IMG/VR virus record: IMGVR_UViG_3300012936_000014
Coordinates: 1-59,089 of that record
From: a virus
Taxonomy: Duplodnaviria > Caudoviricetes
Length of the DNA: 59,089 nucleotides
Strand: one strand, 5' to 3'
The translations under genes were made by a program, and so were the position numbers. The notes under the pieces were generated by a model. It had not been told where the DNA came from. It made no database searches and saw nothing but the letters and a program-made list of their open reading frames with translations. The first letter of the stretch is position 1, and each line of letters starts with the position of its first letter. Positions 9,781-18,104 of the stretch are shown here, in pieces.

Positions 9781-10497
9781 ATGGGTGCAAAAAAGAGAGC
9801 GGCTCGGTCGCATTCTAACTACAACAACGTTGTAAACATAAACACTTTTCAAAAAAAACAATCAGTCAATATAATTCCAAGAAATAAAAATCAAGAACAA
9901 TATGTAATTAAACTGCTTAACGAATCTAAGGACATAGTCTTTGGAATCGGCCCTGCAGGTACGGGAAAAACTCTGTTAGCGGTTCAAGTAGCAGTAAAGT
10001 TGTTCAAGGAAGGCAAAATTGATAAGATTATTGTAACAAGGCCCGCAGTTAGTGTGGACGAAGATTTAGGTTTTCTACCAGGTACATTAGAACAAAAAAT
10101 GGCACCTTGGACAAGACCTATATTTGATGTACTACGCGAATACTTTAATGCAAGAGAAATAGAAGGCATGATAGAAGAAGGCATTATAGAAATAGCACCA
10201 CTAGCATACATGCGAGGCAGAACATTCAAGCATAGCTTTATACTTGCGGATGAAATGCAAAACGCAACACAAAATCAAATGAAAATGTTATTGACACGTT
10301 TAGGCGAAGGATCAATGATGGCTGTAACAGGCGACCTAGCACAAGCTGATAGGCTCAAGGATAACGGTTTGATTGACTTTACAAAACTGTTAAGAAGCAA
10401 AAATACAAATCATTTGGACGTAGTCCACTTTACTCAAGGAGACATCGAAAGGCACGAGGCAGTAAAAGAAGTCCTCCAAGTCTATGGTGACGAATAA
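9781..10497 (+). CDS. phoH: PhoH family ATPase
   Basis: GPAGTGKT, LGFLPG, YMRGRTF, ADEMQN, TGDLAQAD; AAGGAGG SD. Confidence 0.95.
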   Translation: MGAKKRAARSHSNYNNVVNINTFQKKQSVNIIPRNKNQEQYVIKLLNESKDIVFGIGPAGTGKTLLAVQVAVKLFKEGKIDKIIVTRPAVSVDEDLGFLPGTLEQKMAPWTRPIFDVLREYFNAREIEGMIEEGIIEIAPLAYMRGRTFKHSFILADEMQNATQNQMKMLLTRLGEGSMMAVTGDLAQADRLKDNGLIDFTKLLRSKNTNHLDVVHFTQGDIERHEAVKEVLQVYGDE

Positions 10498-10499
10498 AG

Positions 10500-10520
10500 A
10501 AAGGGGCTTTATGCCCCTTT
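10500..10520. terminator. Hairpin between convergent phoH and thyX, probably a bidirectional terminator
   Basis: AAAGGGGC-TTTAT-GCCCCTTT inverted repeat. Confidence 0.65.
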
Positions 10521-11186
10521 CAATTCTTCTGCTAACGGAAAAATCTTAGCAATAACTTTTGCACATTCATGTGCAATTTCCATATGCTCTTTTTGTGTGC
10601 CATTAGCACCACGTAGTTCAATGTAATGAATCCAGCTACGCAAACTACCATTCATATACAATGTAGTCTTAGTAATACCTTCTGGTAATAATTTACGTGC
10701 CTGTTCTTTGGCAATACCCATTTTGATTGCACGGTCATATTCTTTTTTTGCAAGGTGTGCAATACGCATCTGTGCATGTAACCAATCTATTTGTAATTTT
10801 TTATCTTCTACTTCGATAGAATTTTGTCTATTCTTTTCATCTTGAAGTCTTGCTTCGCTGTAGATAAACATATCGCCTTGATCTTCAGGCTTTGCATATC
10901 TTTGAGAAAATTCTTGGAAAGCAAAACTTCTATGGCGCACAATTTGGTGTGCAATATCTCTTGTGGTAACTATTTCCATACAAGCGTTGACCATTTCTAA
11001 TGGGCTCCAATGAGCATGTTTAATTAAGTATTTCACAAGTTTTTCACTTGTTTCAGAATTCATTTGATTACTAGGATTTGAAACCCTTGCACAAAATGCT
11101 ACAAGATCTAAGAGATTTTTATCTCCCATTCCTTCGTTTATAAATTCTTCTGTTGGTGTAGTATAACTTACTAATCTAACGGCCAT
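10509..11186 (-). CDS. thyX: Flavin-dependent thymidylate synthase
   Basis: HWSPLE; RHRSFAFQEFSQRY (RHRx7S motif); KEQARKLLP. Confidence 0.95.
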   Translation of the reverse strand: MAVRLVSYTTPTEEFINEGMGDKNLLDLVAFCARVSNPSNQMNSETSEKLVKYLIKHAHWSPLEMVNACMEIVTTRDIAHQIVRHRSFAFQEFSQRYAKPEDQGDMFIYSEARLQDEKNRQNSIEVEDKKLQIDWLHAQMRIAHLAKKEYDRAIKMGIAKEQARKLLPEGITKTTLYMNGSLRSWIHYIELRGANGTQKEHMEIAHECAKVIAKIFPLAEELKGA

Positions 11187-11347
11187 GGTGCTTCTCCTTT
11201 AAGTTCCTCTATTCGTCTTTTTAAGAATCCGATTGTTGTGTGTATGTGTCCTGTGTCATGTGGTTGCAACAGGGTTTTATAGTATTCAATTTCTTCTTGC
11301 AATACATCTATTCTTACAATATCATTTATTAATTTTTTGTTTTTCAT
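11171..11347 (-). CDS. 58-aa hypothetical protein (not in the ORF track)
   Basis: MKNKKLINDIVRIDVLQEEIEYYKTLLQPHDTGHIHTTIGFLKRRIEELKGEAPWPLD; ATGA overlap with the upstream gene. Confidence 0.65.
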   Translation of the reverse strand: MKNKKLINDIVRIDVLQEEIEYYKTLLQPHDTGHIHTTIGFLKRRIEELKGEAPWPLD

Positions 11348-11871
11348 ATCAAATTATAGTTCACTATACATCTAGGGTTATCAGTTGGAATGCCTGCGGC
11401 ATGAGGAATCAATCCATCAAAAATTACAGCCCTTCCTTTTTTAGGAGAGACTTTATCAATAATAGTTTCATAATCTTTTTCAAAAAATACTGTGTCGCCT
11501 TCGCTATTGTTAACATAGTAAATTAGGCTCTTGTGTGGAAAGTCTAAATCTACATGCGGAGAGTGATGTGTTTGTTTTGTACGATAAGGTAGTGTTAAAA
11601 ATATTCTTGCAAACAATATGTTTTGTAAACTTGGCATGACTGTTGTTGCAACTTTACTAAAATTTACAAGATGATTACTAGACTCTGCACTGCTTTTTAA
11701 AACATGTTTGAAACTTAATGGCTTTGAAGTTTCTGTAAATGCAGTTGGCTCATATTTGCATTTAAATTCTACGCTAGGTTCTACTTCAATATTATTTGTA
11801 TTACCTAGTGTAATTATTTCAAAATAATCCTGCAATTCCTTAGGTACACAATCATCTATTACTTCTATCAT
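11344..11871 (-). CDS. 2OG-Fe(II) oxygenase-like protein
   Basis: HxD (PHVD), YYVNNSEGDT, distal His (FDGLIPHA) and Arg (RCIVN). Confidence 0.7.
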   Translation of the reverse strand: MIEVIDDCVPKELQDYFEIITLGNTNNIEVEPSVEFKCKYEPTAFTETSKPLSFKHVLKSSAESSNHLVNFSKVATTVMPSLQNILFARIFLTLPYRTKQTHHSPHVDLDFPHKSLIYYVNNSEGDTVFFEKDYETIIDKVSPKKGRAVIFDGLIPHAAGIPTDNPRCIVNYNLI

Positions 11872-12200
11872 TAACCTGTCCTATGGATAATATGTAGTCC
11901 GTATGGACTTTGTATAGGCTCATCTAGCAAATCTCCTACTTCATGTATTAGACACGCATTATACAATTCTGGAGTAACACCATCATTGAGATCAAACCAT
12001 CCTAGGTCTCCATCTCTGTACCAGCTATGCTCACAAGCACTGTGCTCCTTAACTGCTTTTTCCCAACTTATTCTACCGTTTTTCAATTCTTTTATAATTT
12101 CTTTTGCTTCAAAAACTGCAAAAAACAATCCTCTACTATGAGTGCTGTTAATTGCTTCATCATAACTAAGCAAAATATGACTACATCGAACCTTTTTCAT
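11871..12200 (-). CDS. ppiC: Parvulin-type peptidyl-prolyl isomerase
   Basis: VRCSHILL, DGDLGWF, PIQSPYGLHII; start could be 12233. Confidence 0.85.
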   Translation of the reverse strand: MKKVRCSHILLSYDEAINSTHSRGLFFAVFEAKEIIKELKNGRISWEKAVKEHSACEHSWYRDGDLGWFDLNDGVTPELYNACLIHEVGDLLDEPIQSPYGLHIIHRTG

Positions 12201-12855
12201 GTGGTTGAGATTGAAGGTTTTCTCCAACACCATGCTCGTGATGCTCCTTTGATAAAATTATTGTGTCTTGATAGGTTCTACTATTAAATGCAAGTTGATC
12301 AATCATTGTACGATTTATATCTTTGTAACTGTGTACAGTAATTCCTATAGTAATTCTATCTTGTTCTTCCTCTACTGGAGGAACCATGTGAAACAACTCG
12401 CATGGAAATACATGTATGTGGCCTTTTTTGTTTTCTCTAACAATGCCTTTTTCGTTAAATGGTTTGTATGTTATACCAGGTTCGGTAGGTCCGTCAACAA
12501 ATATATTCGCACTAAAACTTTTACCCATACTGCCTTGGTGATTATGCCATTTTATACCTTGGCCTTTTCTATAAATGTTGACCCAACTTTGTACAGCAAT
12601 AGGCCATTCAAGTTGTTTATTCGTTTGCCACATAAAATCTGCAAACCTATCTGCAAAATGTGGGTGTGCCGCAAAAAAATTATATCTAAAATAATTGTTG
12701 GTTGTAACTACATCACCAAGTGCATGATTTTCTCTATGTTTATCGAATCCAAATTTTATTAATTCTTTCTCGACTTCATAGCAATAAGGTTTAATACTAT
12801 CACATTCTTCTTCTGTAAAGAAAGGTAATTCTAAAACGTTATCTTCAAATGGCAT
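12181..12855 (-). CDS. 2OG-Fe(II) oxygenase-like protein
   Basis: SWVNIYRKGQGIKWHNH, FPCELFHMV, RITIG. Confidence 0.7.
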   Translation of the reverse strand: MPFEDNVLELPFFTEEECDSIKPYCYEVEKELIKFGFDKHRENHALGDVVTTNNYFRYNFFAAHPHFADRFADFMWQTNKQLEWPIAVQSWVNIYRKGQGIKWHNHQGSMGKSFSANIFVDGPTEPGITYKPFNEKGIVRENKKGHIHVFPCELFHMVPPVEEEQDRITIGITVHSYKDINRTMIDQLAFNSRTYQDTIILSKEHHEHGVGENLQSQPHEKGSM

Positions 12856-13208
12856 TAGTCACCCTTTCCAGGCTTTTCACTAAAATGTTCTTCGTATTTA
12901 TTGGGCACTCCGTTCCATTCTTCTGCATCTGGAGGGACATCTTCTGGCCTTGCTTCTGTAATGTTAGGCCAAATTTCAGAATACTTTCTGTTTATTTCTT
13001 CCCACTTTATTTCTTCCTCAGGTGAAAACATATTTCCTGGTAATATAGCATCTGCAGGACATTCGGGCTCGCACACTCCACAGTCAATACATTCGTCTGG
13101 ATTGATGACAAGCATATTTTCACCTTCGTAAAAACAATCAACTGGGCAAACTTCAACACAATCCATGTGTTTGCATTTTATGCAATTATCATTTACTAGA
13201 TATGTCAT
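12855..13208 (-). CDS. fdxA: 7Fe ferredoxin (FdxA family)
   Basis: [43 protein letters not shown]. Confidence 0.93.
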   Translation of the reverse strand: MTYLVNDNCIKCKHMDCVEVCPVDCFYEGENMLVINPDECIDCGVCEPECPADAILPGNMFSPEEEIKWEEINRKYSEIWPNITEARPEDVPPDAEEWNGVPNKYEEHFSEKPGKGD

Positions 13209-13211
13209 ATT

Positions 13212-13937
13212 CTACTCCATATATTGTTTTATTATTTTTTCTGCTAAAATTTTAGCATTTTCTTGTTGGCATACGGTGCTTAAATGCACACCATCTACAC
13301 AGACATGTTTTCTTAATCCATACTTCTCAATAAAGTAATCTCTTGCCCATTGATGTTTGTCAAACATTACCCAACAATCTCTGTCTTTCCATTGTTCTCG
13401 AATAAGATTTATTGTTTCACTTTGCACTTCATTAATGTTTTTATTTGCAGGATCTTTATAATTATGCATTTTCCACATGATCATATTTATATTCAGTGCA
13501 TTACATAATTGCACAGCCTGTAACATATTATGTCTAGTCCACCATTCAAGTCTAGGTGTATTATCAAGTTTTTCATTAATTTTTTTCTGCCATTTGTTTT
13601 GACTCATTAGAGTATGAGTATCTTTTGCTTTATTTCTCTCCCATGCAGTATCTATCTTATTTAATTTTCTATACCATTCATCATTTCTATATCGACCACT
13701 CTTCAAACTACGGTCTTCAATATATTCTATCAGACAATGGGTAATTTTATAATTATGCCATAGATATAAAATTGTGTTTAAATATTTCTCACTTCCGTGT
13801 CCGCCTTGTGCCGCATTGTATACAGGAATATCTGGCAAACATTCTTTGACATCTTCTTCAAAGAAGCGAGTCTTAGCTCCATATGGCATTGGATGATCGC
13901 CTGTGCTATAACTACTCCCAACAATGCCTAAAATCAT
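13212..13937 (-). CDS. Hypothetical protein, possibly SGNH-hydrolase-like
   Basis: N-terminal GSSYS, NAAQGG and C-terminal DGVH resemble SGNH blocks. Confidence 0.45.
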   Translation of the reverse strand: MILGIVGSSYSTGDHPMPYGAKTRFFEEDVKECLPDIPVYNAAQGGHGSEKYLNTILYLWHNYKITHCLIEYIEDRSLKSGRYRNDEWYRKLNKIDTAWERNKAKDTHTLMSQNKWQKKINEKLDNTPRLEWWTRHNMLQAVQLCNALNINMIMWKMHNYKDPANKNINEVQSETINLIREQWKDRDCWVMFDKHQWARDYFIEKYGLRKHVCVDGVHLSTVCQQENAKILAEKIIKQYME

Positions 13938-14848
13938 AGTCTGGCTAACCTAATAAGTGTTGCCGCAAGATTAATTTCTGCATCAGCTACTAATGCGTGA
14001 TCTACTAGTCCTTGTTTAATAATAAGAACTGCTTGATCTTGTTTTTCTTCGTCACCAAACAATTCTATGTTGTCATAGAGCCAGCGATAAATTTCTTCCA
14101 TTTCTTCTGGACGGACTGCACCACACAAAAGTTTACGTGCATCATTTATTTTTCCTGCTTTGAACAACTCGACCATATCAAGTTTCCAGTCGCTTTCGCC
14201 TGTGTCACCTTCATTTGGTCTTAGTAAACTGTTGTCTTGTACATTCATTTGTACAGTATTGATACATTTACGTAAGTCTGGATATGTTGCTTTTACATAT
14301 GTATCTAGTATGTCAAGATCTGGAGTGACACCTTCATTGATAAGAATTTCAGCGACACGAGCAGTAAACTCTGTTTGATCGATCTTGGCAATATGAAAGC
14401 CTTGGCACCTACTATGCAAAGCTGGAATAATCCTGTTAGGATAATTACAAGTAAGAATAAAACGGGCCGTTGTATGATATTCTTCCATAACACCACGAAG
14501 TGCGGCCTGTGCATTTGGGGATAAGTAATCTGCCTCATCTAGTAATACAACCTTAAATTCTCCAAAAGGAATCATTTGTACAAAATTTACAATTTTGTCT
14601 CGTACATCATCAACACTGTTTGTTCTACTTGCGTTGATTTCTAAAATATCTAAGTCGCTGACTTCTAGCTCGTTGAACAACAGTTTTGCTAAAGTCGTCT
14701 TTCCAATGCCAGCATTTCCAGAGAATAACAAGTGTGGAATAGTTTTGTCTTTTATCCATGTCTTTACCTGCTTGCGTTGTGCTTCGTCTCTAAATACATA
14801 TCCATCTACTGTCTTAGGACGATACTTTTCTACCCATAACTCTTTCAT
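13934..14848 (-). CDS. Sliding-clamp loader ATPase subunit (RFC small subunit/T4 gp44-like)
   Basis: LWVEKYRP, GNAGIGKT, EINAS, LDEADYL, SRC motif. Confidence 0.93.
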   Translation of the reverse strand: MKELWVEKYRPKTVDGYVFRDEAQRKQVKTWIKDKTIPHLLFSGNAGIGKTTLAKLLFNELEVSDLDILEINASRTNSVDDVRDKIVNFVQMIPFGEFKVVLLDEADYLSPNAQAALRGVMEEYHTTARFILTCNYPNRIIPALHSRCQGFHIAKIDQTEFTARVAEILINEGVTPDLDILDTYVKATYPDLRKCINTVQMNVQDNSLLRPNEGDTGESDWKLDMVELFKAGKINDARKLLCGAVRPEEMEEIYRWLYDNIELFGDEEKQDQAVLIIKQGLVDHALVADAEINLAATLIRLARL

Positions 14849-14889
14849 TCTATAACTCCTGCCAAAAGAAAACTCCTATCATGTTATAC

Positions 14890-14918
14890 ATTATAACGCA
14901 TAACCTAATAGGAGTCAA
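14890..14918 (-). promoter_or_regulatory. Sigma70-type promoter for the clamp loader operon
   Basis: TTGACT-N17-TATAAT. Confidence 0.75.
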
Positions 14919-14927
14919 GTAGTTTTT

Positions 14928-15599
14928 TTATTCTCTGTTGCCTAATAGATGTAAAAGCATTTGGAATAAATTGATAAAGTTTAAGTATAAACTTATTGCA
15001 AATTGGATTCCGTAACGTGGATCTCCGCCATGGCTGTTATAGATATTTTTTGCATTTTGTGTGTCCCACGCAGTCAACCCTGTAAAGATAAAAACACCTA
15101 AAATACTAATTGTGAACATTAGAGCTGAACTTGCCATAAACAAATTTACTATACTTGCAATGATAATACCAATCAAGCCCATAAACAAGAAATGTCCAAA
15201 ACCAGTCAAGTCACGCTTCGTGGTATAACCCCATATACTTGCACCAGCAAATGTAGCCGATGTGATAAAAAATACTTGTGTTATGCTGTATGCTGTATAT
15301 ACAGCAAATATAGGTGCAAGTCCTACTCCCATAACAGCAGTAAATGCATAATAAAATGTTCTTAATTTATCATATGACCAATTTCGTCCTGCAAACGAAT
15401 ACCAAAGGATCATTCCTAGAGGAGCTAAAGCAAAAAGCCAATGTGCGCCTGCTATTGCAAAAAACATTCCTGTTGAATATACCAACCATGCAACAATACC
15501 ACTTACAGCTAATCCTGCCGCAGTGTGATTGTACATGTTAAGCATAAATTCACGCAAACCTAAATCATATTGTTCACGTGCTTCTGTTATAGTACTCAT
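14928..15599 (-). CDS. Bax inhibitor-1/YccA family membrane protein
   Basis: About 7 TM segments; GYTTKRDL, GLTAWDTQ, AISLYLNFINLF. Confidence 0.9.
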   Translation of the reverse strand: MSTITEAREQYDLGLREFMLNMYNHTAAGLAVSGIVAWLVYSTGMFFAIAGAHWLFALAPLGMILWYSFAGRNWSYDKLRTFYYAFTAVMGVGLAPIFAVYTAYSITQVFFITSATFAGASIWGYTTKRDLTGFGHFLFMGLIGIIIASIVNLFMASSALMFTISILGVFIFTGLTAWDTQNAKNIYNSHGGDPRYGIQFAISLYLNFINLFQMLLHLLGNRE

Positions 15600-16003
15600 T
15601 ATAAATCTCCTTCTTTTCTATTTTCACTGTAAAATACATCAAATTCGCCACCCGGATAACGTGCCTTCAATTTATTTACATTTTCCGCAACTACATCGTT
15701 AGGGTCCAAACCAAGAGCACGGCAACTATTAATCCAATACCACATAATATCACCAAGTTCTCGTTTGCAATGAAATACAGTTTCATCGTCCATTGGTTTA
15801 CCTTGGAAGATACACTTCTTAACAATTTCTGCAAATTCTCCTCCTTCACTTGCAATACCAATTGCACCTGTCATTAGTAGTGCAGGGTTACATTTTTCAC
15901 TCATCTCAACCATACGGTGATGCATATGTGCAACAGTATTACTTTGGTCAGATGTTACTTCTTGTACAAAATCCATGTACGAATTTAGATCTACTTTACT
16001 CAA
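15599..16003 (-). CDS. mazG: MazG-like nucleotide pyrophosphohydrolase
   Basis: EGGEFAEIVKK, ELGDIMWY, NVNKLKARYP. Confidence 0.85.
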   Translation of the reverse strand: MSKVDLNSYMDFVQEVTSDQSNTVAHMHHRMVEMSEKCNPALLMTGAIGIASEGGEFAEIVKKCIFQGKPMDDETVFHCKRELGDIMWYWINSCRALGLDPNDVVAENVNKLKARYPGGEFDVFYSENRKEGDL

Positions 16004-16011
16004 TTTATCCT

Positions 16012-16419
16012 CTATACATTTACAAATGATGATGGATCAACAGTTGCATGTTCACCATCGCTATATTCAGCACCAATACGTAGTCCTGTTTCAGGTTGTT
16101 CATCACTCCAAGCAAGAATACTTTCTGTTTCAACCATTCTAACTTCAAGGTCCTCATTTTCTTGTTCTAAAAGAACACTTCTTGTCCATCTTCCGTGCTC
16201 TATTAACACCCAATCTCCTACATCGTATGGATCGTTGTTCTGCGGACCTTTAGCATAAATTTTACCCCAACGAGGGTATATGCCTCTTGTCTGTCCGTCA
16301 TCGCTTGAAATAATTAAACCTCCAGCTGTTTTCTGTTCTCCAAAATCCATGTGTGTAACTAATACACGGTTTCCGATTGCAGAAATACTGCCTTGCAATT
16401 TTTTATAATGTACGCTCAT
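16012..16419 (-). CDS. groES: GroES-like co-chaperonin
   Basis: NRVLV, EQKTAGGLII mobile loop, VGDWVL, ESILA. Confidence 0.8.
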   Translation of the reverse strand: MSVHYKKLQGSISAIGNRVLVTHMDFGEQKTAGGLIISSDDGQTRGIYPRWGKIYAKGPQNNDPYDVGDWVLIEHGRWTRSVLLEQENEDLEVRMVETESILAWSDEQPETGLRIGAEYSDGEHATVDPSSFVNV

Positions 16420-16420
16420 A

Positions 16421-16720
16421 TTATCCTCGTTTTACAAAATTACCGTCTGCATCTTCTACCCAGTCGTCGGTCAAATCTTTTTCATGCTGACCAACTGGCT
16501 TTTCTTCTTTTACACCTGGATTAGAAGCATAATACTCTTTCATAATATCTTCACGTTTACGAATAATTTGTCCTCCAGGACCTAGTTCGTCTCCGCGAGC
16601 ATTTACTCGAGCATTTCCTACTGCGACAGTAAGTTCATTTTTTTGACGTAACATGTCCATATCTACAATTTTTCCGTTTGCACTTTTATAGACTTTACGT
16701 CCTGTCTGTTTCATTGGCAT
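16421..16720 (-). CDS. Hypothetical protein
   Basis: 99-aa ORF with AGGAGG SD and upstream TAAGTA. Confidence 0.7.
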   Translation of the reverse strand: MPMKQTGRKVYKSANGKIVDMDMLRQKNELTVAVGNARVNARGDELGPGGQIIRKREDIMKEYYASNPGVKEEKPVGQHEKDLTDDWVEDADGNFVKRG

Positions 16721-16744
16721 AATTATACCTCCTGTTTATGTTAC

Positions 16745-17269
16745 TTATCTTAAGAACTCTCTCCAATCCAGGCCATATTGGATTGAATTTATTTTGTGTA
16801 CGCCGATCAAATACAATACATAACTTGCTACACTTGATCCTCTTCCTACACCCCATACAATTTTGTTTTCTCGCATGAAATCTACAAGATAGATCATATA
16901 ACGCAATAGATCAAACATTCCTCTGCGTTGAAACTCTGCTAGTTCTTCATTCACTCTGTGAAAGGGTTCGTCATCACCTTCGCATAAACTATACAAATGT
17001 GCAACAACATCTAGTTCTTTGTATTCATCAGGCATAAACCATTCGCTTTGGCAAACACCGTCAAATGTCTTTTGATCTACATCTAGTGGAACATATTTTT
17101 GCAATGGATCCATACCTTGTTCTTTCATTGCACTATTGAATTTATCTACATCATCACTTGGATCGCACAGAACTATATGGCACTTGTCTGCATGACCACT
17201 GTAAATCATATCAATCAAGTCCTGATTAGAAAATCTGGGTATACCTAAAGAGTCTGTTTTCATAAGCAT
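16745..17269 (-). CDS. dnaE: Stand-alone fragment of DNA polymerase III alpha (DnaE)
   Basis: RVNEEL...WGVGRGSSVASYVLYLIGVHKINSIQYGL; only 174 aa and ends before the catalytic Asp-x-Asp. Confidence 0.75.
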   Translation of the reverse strand: MLMKTDSLGIPRFSNQDLIDMIYSGHADKCHIVLCDPSDDVDKFNSAMKEQGMDPLQKYVPLDVDQKTFDGVCQSEWFMPDEYKELDVVAHLYSLCEGDDEPFHRVNEELAEFQRRGMFDLLRYMIYLVDFMRENKIVWGVGRGSSVASYVLYLIGVHKINSIQYGLDWREFLR

Positions 17270-17275
17270 ATGTGT

Positions 17276-17304
17276 ATATTAACTGATGTTAATAAGATTG
17301 TCAA
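17276..17304 (-). promoter_or_regulatory. Sigma70-type promoter, 6 nt from the ATG of the dnaE fragment (leaderless)
   Basis: TTGACA-N17-TAATAT-N6-ATG. Confidence 0.6.
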
Positions 17305-17515
17305 GAGAATTATTATCGTCGTTGTTATTATTTTGCACCAAACTTTTGGCTCTTCTTGCTTTTGCTTCTTCTCTAAACATTTGTAATACAGCGCCAACCT
17401 GTTGTTGTAACGCAGGATTTTTTGCAAGAAAGTATTTTCGAGAAAGTTCTTGCACTTTATCTTCTACTTCATTATCTGAAAGGTCTTCAAAACTATCCAC
17501 TAAAGGATTAAACAT
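17279..17515 (-). CDS. Hypothetical protein
   Basis: 78-aa ORF coupled to the upstream gene. Confidence 0.65.
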   Translation of the reverse strand: MFNPLVDSFEDLSDNEVEDKVQELSRKYFLAKNPALQQQVGAVLQMFREEAKARRAKSLVQNNNNDDNNSLDNLINIS

Positions 17516-18072
17516 TAGTCAAACACACCGTGATATTGAGCAAAAACAGTAATGCCATCATTAATTGTCCAAAAATCTACAATAGTAGGATTGGTTTGAC
17601 TCTCTACTGTAAAAGTTGAAGGCCAATTTGCATCAGTTTTAAACGATCCGCCGCCAGCTGAAGCCCAAACAATTGTTCTAGCAGTACCATCACTAGTAAT
17701 TTGCAATCTCATTTTTCCTAACTTAGCACTTGCAGGAAAGTCTGCTAAAGTAAGAGTTACGTTTGCACCAACTTGAATAGTTTGGTAATGGCCAAATTCC
17801 CAACTGATGTTTTGGTTTGCAGTAACGTTTCCATATGCATAAACTGTTTCAGTATTTTTTTGAAATTCTGCTTCTTTAATTATGCTTCCGTTAAAATCAT
17901 TCTCAGCATTAAGTTTTGCTGTGTCATTTTGTAGTGTTGTGATTTCATCTCTAGCCGCTTCTAAGGCTGTTTTAGTAACACTAAAATTAGTGCGAAAGCC
18001 TTGGCTATCATTATCTTGTCCTGCAACAGGGTATTCAGCGTTGAAACCTGTTGTTGTAATTGTACTGGCCAT
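17515..18072 (-). CDS. Virion structural protein
   Basis: YPVAGQDNDSQGFRTNF N-terminus, coiled coil, beta-rich C-terminus; TAAATA and AGGAG upstream. Confidence 0.65.
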   Translation of the reverse strand: MASTITTTGFNAEYPVAGQDNDSQGFRTNFSVTKTALEAARDEITTLQNDTAKLNAENDFNGSIIKEAEFQKNTETVYAYGNVTANQNISWEFGHYQTIQVGANVTLTLADFPASAKLGKMRLQITSDGTARTIVWASAGGGSFKTDANWPSTFTVESQTNPTIVDFWTINDGITVFAQYHGVFD

Positions 18073-18104
18073 ATTTTATTTCTCCTGCATTATATTTATC
18101 TTTG

